Shown here piece after piece: positions 58,471-64,000 of a DNA stretch of 64,000 nucleotides. The DNA is taken from the NCBI GenBank assembly GCA_963700285.1, contig CAVOXA010000014.1, forward strand, positions 896,001-960,000, in the 5' to 3' direction. The number at the start of each line of letters is the position of its first letter. Position 1 is the stretch's first letter. Under the pieces are notes generated by a model. It worked only from the letters and a program-made list of their open reading frames with translations. It was not told where the DNA came from and made no database searches. The position numbers and the translations under genes were made by a program. Source of the stretch: an uncultured Chloroflexia bacterium (lineage in GTDB: Bacteria; Chloroflexota; Anaerolineae; JAAYZQ01).

Positions 58471-58919
58471 CGTTGACGCATTCTCCCCTTTCTTATCTCA
58501 ATCCCTTGGGCTTCGCCGTAGCTACAGCCAGGGCCATGCGAACACAACCTCGGTCGCTCCGGAGGCCCGGTCAGACAAGGTCGATCCTGCCGGAAGTGTA
58601 GCATAAAGCTCGCTTTTCTGGAAATCACCTGGTTGTGCTTGATCAAGACACATCAACGCCATAGAATAGCGCTAAAGCGCACATTGAATGAAGCCGCTCC
58701 CGCAACGCGAACAAGCTGCGAAGGTTCATTGGGGAGGAAAATGGCCTGGGCGCTGCCTTGGCGCAATAGGGTGGCAAATGACCCAGCACAGGGGGGCAGG
58801 CGAGCTAGCCTGTTTCGTCTCGCGAGGCATCTGCCCCCAGAAGCAACCGAGCCCGCCAGAGACATGCTCCAGTGGACTCGCGCGTCCCGGGCCCAGGATG
58901 CAGATTCTGCAGGAGAATC

Positions 58920-59402
58920 CTACTCACTCTCAGCTTGGCTGGCGATCGAGTCGCCCCACAACTGGCAAGCAGTTTCCAGCCCCGACTCGGCGATCTTTTT
59001 GGCTGCTATCGTGGCGACCACGATGGCAATCGCAGGGAGTGCAGCCACTTGGGCAACCAACGTCGGCGCCAGGGCAGCCGCCAGCATCTTGACCCCATCC
59101 TGAAGGGCAGTCATAAGTTCGTCGTGCTGCTCATTGCCCTTGTTACACAGCACGTCGTACAACTTGGGTTCCAGCTTGTCCCACCACTCCTGGCCATAGG
59201 CAACCATCTTGGCCGTCCACTCGGGTCCAGCCTCGGTGTCAGCGGCGAAAGCCACCTCCGGCGGATCCCACATCTGGAGTTCGTCTTGGGCGGATCCCTC
59301 GTCTTCGGCCTGGACACGGGCGGCGAGGGTCAGCATCAAGCCAGCCATGTCGTCCTCCCACAGAGCATCTACGGCTTCAACACGGGGCTCTCTGTCTTCC
59401 AT
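58920..59402 (-). CDS. Possible separately translated 160-aa protein with C-terminal hydrophobic helices (in frame with the CHAT ORF)
   Basis: Internal AAGGAGAGG SD is followed by a TGATG stop/start overlap at 59400-59404. Confidence 0.5.
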   Translation of the reverse strand: MEDREPRVEAVDALWEDDMAGLMLTLAARVQAEDEGSAQDELQMWDPPEVAFAADTEAGPEWTAKMVAYGQEWWDKLEPKLYDVLCNKGNEQHDELMTALQDGVKMLAAALAPTLVAQVAALPAIAIVVATIAAKKIAESGLETACQLWGDSIASQAESE

Positions 59403-62126
59403 CAGTCCTCTCCTTTCGGCACCCTGCAGGGGGCCATCTGCAGGGAGCACCTGCCCATCCAGTCTCAAATTAGCATCCGAATAAAGGGTATAGGCCAGGG
59501 CCAGCGGATTGCCTTCCTCGAGATAGCGGCGGCGAAGGGTCAGCAGAATCGCACCGGCGCTCTCACCCTGGAAAAAGAGTGTCAAGAATGCACGGGAAAA
59601 ATCGTCGGCAAAGAGGGTGTTCATCGAACACTCGGTACCGATGACCGCCCTGGCGCCTCGTTGGAGGAAGAACGGCACAAAACCATCCGACAACGAGGGC
59701 AGTACCTGGGCCGATTCGCACATGTTCAAAAATACGAGTGGATGCTGCGAGAACTCGGACGGCACGGTCTCCTTGAGCATCGTCAGGGGAATCTTGCCCC
59801 GCGTCAGGCGCAGCCAAGAGTCACTGACGTCAAACAGGTCATCCAGATGCTCGCGGACCGATTGCGGACGGTCCTTGAGGGAGGTGGCTGCCTGTTGGGC
59901 AAACTGGCTGACCAGATCCGTGTCAAGTTGGATGTCGGTCGCAATCCGCTCCGTGTAGCCATGACAGAAGAAATAGTAGATATCCTGGTCTGCACCAGCC
60001 AGCTTCCGCCCCATCTTGCGGCGGTCTGTTACAATCTCAGGCAGTAGCCGATGGCCTGACCGGGAGTCCAAAGCGGCAAAGAAAGCTTTCTGCTCTGCCG
60101 CGCCCACCAGGCGCTCGTACATGCCCACACTTATGCGCAATGCATCATCAGTGGGCATCTCCGTCTGGGCCTGGCGATAGGTATCCAACATCTTGCCGGT
60201 AAGAATGACAATCTCATAACGCCAACCCCAGAACCTTTCCACGTCCACCGGCTCATCATCGTCCCACGGTTGCGCGGCATAGACCAGGCTCCAGGGAAAA
60301 CAAAAGTCTCCGGCCAGATCCACAACCTGGATGGTGGAGCCATCCGGCAAGATCTCCTCCATCCAGTTCCCCAGGGCCTGCGCGGAGGCGCTGGCAAAGA
60401 GCTTGAGATACAACTGGCGGCCAACTTGAGCCAAGGCGCGTGTGGCCATTCGATAGGTTCGAGCGTCCCGTTCCTGCAAAAGATCAAAGGCCTGCACTAC
60501 GTTGTACAATTGGCGCCGGGCCTTGGTGATCAGGTGTGTCAGGTCGTCGCGCGTCATGTGCACGTGGCAGAAAAGTTCTACGACCCCTGCGACCTGCTCA
60601 CTACCAGCGGTTGCGCCCTTGTCCCCGGGGTCAGGATCCACCAGAAAAGTGAAGCGGTAGCGGTCGGCGCCATCGCGCGTGATGGTCAGGCTCAACTCGC
60701 GCGGTGGAAGCTTGGCCATGTCCGGAAAGTTGGCAGTTCGGGCATGGATCAACTGGGCACTTTGGGGCTGCGCACTATGCGCTATCTCACCGGCAGCTAC
60801 CACCTCGGCGCGTACGCTAAAGGTCTGTACCATACAAGTCTGGTAGAACAGGCAGACCTCCAGTGTGGCCAGGTCTGCCCCCCGGGTACGGGCCAGTGGC
60901 ACGGTCTGAAAGCGCACCAGGCCAGAATCACCCTTCTTGGGCAGCCGGAGCGACTGAGTTGGCTCGAGGATGTCAAAATCCTGTGAGTTGAGGCTGACGT
61001 ACAGCAGGGCATCTTCCGCCTGGGGTTCGACAATGGCCTGGGCGCCGGCAGGGGCACGATCCCAGTCAACGATGGAATCTCGGAGCAAGCGCCCAACATT
61101 CAGCGCCAGATGATAGGCCCGGCCCACCACCAGTGGCTGCCTGCTGGGAACCACTCGGCGATCCGCATCTTCGAACCAGAGATTGACAAACCTAGGCTCC
61201 GGTTCAGGCTCGAGGAGGGCCCTTGGCAGAGAGTACACGCTGTCTAACACACTGTTGGGAATCGTATCCAGGTCAAAGCCCCCGCCCTTCGCAGTACCAT
61301 AGGGAAAAGCATCCCGCAGGCCCCCGGGATACAAACTGGCCGGGCTGCCATCCCGAACCAGTACCAAGGCCTTGGAGCGTGAGAGGCTCTTGGCCTGCGT
61401 GCCACTCAGATCTTCCAGATCACGGACCTGACACGGTTCTGAGAATGCAGCCTCAAACTGTTGGAGAGGCAGTTCCCAGACTTTGGCCGGATCGAGCGTC
61501 GTTCTCGCGCTCAGTTCTGCAATCGCGCGATTCAACGCAGCTTTGGTTGACAGCTTGAACCCTCCGCCAGCCAACTGCAGGAGCACGTATACCAGGGGCG
61601 ATTCGCGGTACGGCCTGAGATCCTTGGCCACGCGGGCCAGGGGAGCTTTCTCTGGAAACCAGACAAAGGGCTCGCCAGTCCCCTCCGGTACACTTTGGTC
61701 AAAAAGATCAAAGCTCAGTCCCTGGCTGCTCTTGTAGCTTTCGATCTCTCCAATTGGGCGGACAAGGCCTACACGCTTGCCTTTGCTGGTGACAATGATA
61801 GGCATGCGGCGACGAGAAGCCAGCGCTTCGGCTTCGCGGTACTCTGGTGGCTGATCGCTTATCTCCCAGGGTCTGGGACACAGGTCTTCAGCCAAAGATC
61901 CAATGGGTAACAGGAGGATGCGCCGCCCCAGCTTCTTGGCAAGCTCTTTGAGCTGCGGCACGGTGGTGGGCACGGCACGCCCATCTGGCAGAAGAATGAC
62001 CATAGCCATCAGATGCTGTGCCGGCCCTCCGGCTGCCAGCAGCCGGTCCCGAACTTGGGCCACGGAGTCGGTGCCCTGAAGCGTCAGGACATCACCGGCT
62101 TGAAACTGATCCCACGGGATAAACAT
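58920..62126 (-). CDS. CHAT-domain (caspase-like) protease with two CBS-like N-terminal repeats, a beta-rich middle domain and a hydrophobic C-terminal module
   Basis: FPWSLVY, FWGWRY, catalytic YFFCHG and VFLNMCES, GARAVIGTE, NPLALAY. SD GGAGG before the ATG. Confidence 0.85.
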   Translation of the reverse strand: MFIPWDQFQAGDVLTLQGTDSVAQVRDRLLAAGGPAQHLMAMVILLPDGRAVPTTVPQLKELAKKLGRRILLLPIGSLAEDLCPRPWEISDQPPEYREAEALASRRRMPIIVTSKGKRVGLVRPIGEIESYKSSQGLSFDLFDQSVPEGTGEPFVWFPEKAPLARVAKDLRPYRESPLVYVLLQLAGGGFKLSTKAALNRAIAELSARTTLDPAKVWELPLQQFEAAFSEPCQVRDLEDLSGTQAKSLSRSKALVLVRDGSPASLYPGGLRDAFPYGTAKGGGFDLDTIPNSVLDSVYSLPRALLEPEPEPRFVNLWFEDADRRVVPSRQPLVVGRAYHLALNVGRLLRDSIVDWDRAPAGAQAIVEPQAEDALLYVSLNSQDFDILEPTQSLRLPKKGDSGLVRFQTVPLARTRGADLATLEVCLFYQTCMVQTFSVRAEVVAAGEIAHSAQPQSAQLIHARTANFPDMAKLPPRELSLTITRDGADRYRFTFLVDPDPGDKGATAGSEQVAGVVELFCHVHMTRDDLTHLITKARRQLYNVVQAFDLLQERDARTYRMATRALAQVGRQLYLKLFASASAQALGNWMEEILPDGSTIQVVDLAGDFCFPWSLVYAAQPWDDDEPVDVERFWGWRYEIVILTGKMLDTYRQAQTEMPTDDALRISVGMYERLVGAAEQKAFFAALDSRSGHRLLPEIVTDRRKMGRKLAGADQDIYYFFCHGYTERIATDIQLDTDLVSQFAQQAATSLKDRPQSVREHLDDLFDVSDSWLRLTRGKIPLTMLKETVPSEFSQHPLVFLNMCESAQVLPSLSDGFVPFFLQRGARAVIGTECSMNTLFADDFSRAFLTLFFQGESAGAILLTLRRRYLEEGNPLALAYTLYSDANLRLDGQVLPADGPLQGAERRGLMEDREPRVEAVDALWEDDMAGLMLTLAARVQAEDEGSAQDELQMWDPPEVAFAADTEAGPEWTAKMVAYGQEWWDKLEPKLYDVLCNKGNEQHDELMTALQDGVKMLAAALAPTLVAQVAALPAIAIVVATIAAKKIAESGLETACQLWGDSIASQAESE

Positions 62127-62164
62127 GGCGCCTCCCCCCTGGTACGCTAAAAATAGGCATCTAT

Positions 62165-62228
62165 ATTATACCACACTTATTCAAGCCAGTCCAACCGGGT
62201 TGATCTATCTTCCCGACTGTGGTAAACT
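62165..62228. promoter_or_regulatory. Back-to-back divergent promoters
   Basis: Minus strand has TG-G-TATAAT (62165-62173). Plus strand has TTGATC-17-TAAACT (62200-62228). Confidence 0.55.
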
Positions 62229-62261
62229 GGCGCCTGCCAGATTTAGGCAGGGAGCCGAAGT

Positions 62262-63041
62262 ATGGACGATTTTGATCTCTATGCCCGTTTTTACGACCTG
62301 GACTATGCCGGCTTTGACGATGACCTGCAGTTGGTCCAGCAGTCTGCGATACGTTGTGGATCTCCCATCCTGGAATTGGGCTGTGGCACAGGCCGATTGC
62401 TCCTGCCTCTGGCTGCTGGCGGCTATGAGGTGACCGGTGTGGACATATCGGGGGCAATGTTAAAGATCGCCCGTCAGAAGGCCGCAGTGCAGGGGCTGAG
62501 CAGCCGCGTCACGCTCATTAAACAGGATATGCGCGAGCTAGACCTGGGATGCCGCTACAATCTAGCTTATGCGGTCATCAATTCTTTCATGCACATGATG
62601 ACCACCGACGACCAGTTAGCCGCCCTGAACAGCATCCACAAGCACCTAAACAGTGATGGGATCCTTCTCCTCGATCTGTTCAACCCTCATCCAGACCGAC
62701 TGCTGGACTCCCGTGGCCAGGTGGTGTTGGACAAGGCCATGACCGATCCAGATACCGGCCAGGCCTTGATGAAATTCCGAACCCAGACAGTGGATCTCGC
62801 TGAACAGACTGTGCACACGATCCTGTTCCTCGACGAGACCAACAGCAAGGGCCACCTACAGCGCACAGTCTTTGCCTTTTCCCTGCGCTACATCTTTCGC
62901 AGCGAGCTGGAGCTGCTCCTGGATCGGGCTGGCTTCCAACTCGAAGCGGTCTATGGTTCGTACGACTTGGACGAGTTTACTGACGAGAGCGACAAGATGA
63001 TCGCCGTCGCGCGACGGCTAGAAAAGAGATCGCCTGCCTAA
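62262..63041 (+). CDS. Class I SAM-dependent methyltransferase
   Basis: YARFYD, ILELGCGTGRL, GVDISGAML, QDMR, NSFMH. Confidence 0.92.
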   Translation: MDDFDLYARFYDLDYAGFDDDLQLVQQSAIRCGSPILELGCGTGRLLLPLAAGGYEVTGVDISGAMLKIARQKAAVQGLSSRVTLIKQDMRELDLGCRYNLAYAVINSFMHMMTTDDQLAALNSIHKHLNSDGILLLDLFNPHPDRLLDSRGQVVLDKAMTDPDTGQALMKFRTQTVDLAEQTVHTILFLDETNSKGHLQRTVFAFSLRYIFRSELELLLDRAGFQLEAVYGSYDLDEFTDESDKMIAVARRLEKRSPA

Positions 63042-64000
63042 TGCCCCCGAATACCAATCGTACTCAACCAAGCCGGCGCGCCTTCCTTCGCCTGGCTGGT
63101 CTCAGCACAATCATCGCTGCTTGTGGGTCACCTCAGGCCAGCCTGCGCCTGCCTCAGCCAACCGCGTTGACCATGCCGGCCCCGACCAGCAGCCCTACGT
63201 CCTTTCCAACGTCCACAGCCACTCCTGCGCCGACTGCCACGCCAACCGCAACAGTCACTCCCACAGCCACTCCTACCTCCACGCCTCCGCCGACGGCAAC
63301 TGCAACGCCCACGTCCACGTCGACGCCTACGGCAACAGCCACCCGTGGGCCGTTGCGGGTCATCTCTCTCATTCATGGTCCGGCCCGTTCCCTCGTCGTT
63401 GACCACATCCTCCAACAGTTCGGAGTTGAAGCCACGACTGTACGCGTGGATCTGGAAGAAGTAGTACCTGACCTGCGAGACTATGACGCCGTGATCTTTG
63501 CCGGCGGTGAATACCGTCCCGAGGAATTTGAGGAACCCATTTTCCAGGCCGAACGCGAACGGATCTTGGAGGCGCTCGATGCCGGCGTGCCGATCCTGGG
63601 CATCTGCCTGGGGCACCAGCTTCTCGCCTACTGGCTCGGTGGTGAGGTACGGCGTGGGCGCTGGGAGTTCGGCTGGCTGCCCATCGCCGTTAGCGAGACA
63701 GGCCAGTCCGATCCACTGCTGGCTGGTCTGGGCGAGACCTTTTACGCTTTTCTGTGGCATGGCGATCAAGTGACGCGCCTGCCTGAGGGGGCCGAACTGC
63801 TGGCCTCAACAGAGACATGCCCGGTGCAGGCCTACCGTCTGCGCGACTATCCCGTGTGGGGCGTGCAGTTCAATCCCCAGTACGACCCCGAGATCGCTGA
63901 GGAGGTCATCCGTGGTTCCGCCTGGCTGCCAAGTCAAGGCTATGATCTTGACGCAATGTCCGCTATTGGCTACCGCGAGTACGAAAACGTGGCCGAGCAG
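63041..64000 (+). CDS. Tat-lipoprotein with Thr/Pro linker and type 1 glutamine amidotransferase-like domain, 3' end outside window (absent from the ORF track)
   Basis: TAATG overlap with the upstream gene. My translation gives SRRAFL..IAACG, a T/P tract, PILGICLGHQLL, WHGDQV and WGVQFNPQ. Confidence 0.85.
   Translation, partial: MPPNTNRTQPSRRAFLRLAGLSTIIAACGSPQASLRLPQPTALTMPAPTSSPTSFPTSTATPAPTATPTATVTPTATPTSTPPPTATATPTSTSTPTATATRGPLRVISLIHGPARSLVVDHILQQFGVEATTVRVDLEEVVPDLRDYDAVIFAGGEYRPEEFEEPIFQAERERILEALDAGVPILGICLGHQLLAYWLGGEVRRGRWEFGWLPIAVSETGQSDPLLAGLGETFYAFLWHGDQVTRLPEGAELLASTETCPVQAYRLRDYPVWGVQFNPQYDPEIAEEVIRGSAWLPSQGYDLDAMSAIGYREYENVAEQ

Noticed and set aside
58471-58600. SAM riboswitch or T-box upstream of the PatB-like gene
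   Set aside because: No SAM-I core or T-box consensus is visible.
58634-58656. CTTGATCAAG palindrome as an FNR/CRP site
   Set aside because: The spacing is TTGAT-N8-ATCAA rather than N4, and the short palindrome could be chance.

Overview
This is a GC-rich bacterial window, most likely from Chloroflexota/Anaerolineae. That assignment is an inference from gene content and lipoprotein style, not from a marker gene. From 1-10 kb there is a housekeeping-like + strand run: nitrilase-like, 2-hydroxyacyl-CoA dehydratase subunit, ABC1 kinase, Rieske relic, B12 radical SAM, a split membrane-anchored Cas4-like pair, rluB, cmk and DUF512. From 10-18 kb lies a minus-strand peptide-ABC / D-aminoacylase / aminotransferase / amine dehydrogenase operon, followed at 19-21.6 kb by a murF-alr fusion. 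From 21.7-51.5 kb is a ~30 kb catabolic island, probably FadR-controlled. It holds two further peptide-ABC modules without ATPases, 2 D-aminoacylases, 2 MlrC peptidases, 2 URO-D-like proteins, a LarA-like epimerase, 2 class III aminotransferases, an Fe-ADH and 2 atypical transaldolases. From 51.5-58.5 kb come gene relics, a MarR/PIG-L/ABC exporter operon and a PatB-like C-S lyase. From 58.9-62.1 kb is a large CHAT (caspase-like) protease with CBS-like N-terminal repeats and a hydrophobic C-terminal module that looks like a separate gene. The window ends with a methyltransferase and a Tat-lipoprotein carrying a degenerate glutamine amidotransferase domain. I saw no rRNA, tRNA, CRISPR array or transposase. 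Four otherwise intact genes carry single-base frameshifts, which suggests long-read consensus errors. The best candidates for undescribed systems are the split transmembrane Cas4-like nuclease, the CBS-CHAT protease plus hydrophobic partner, and the catabolic island. All family calls come from motif recognition by eye; no searches were run.
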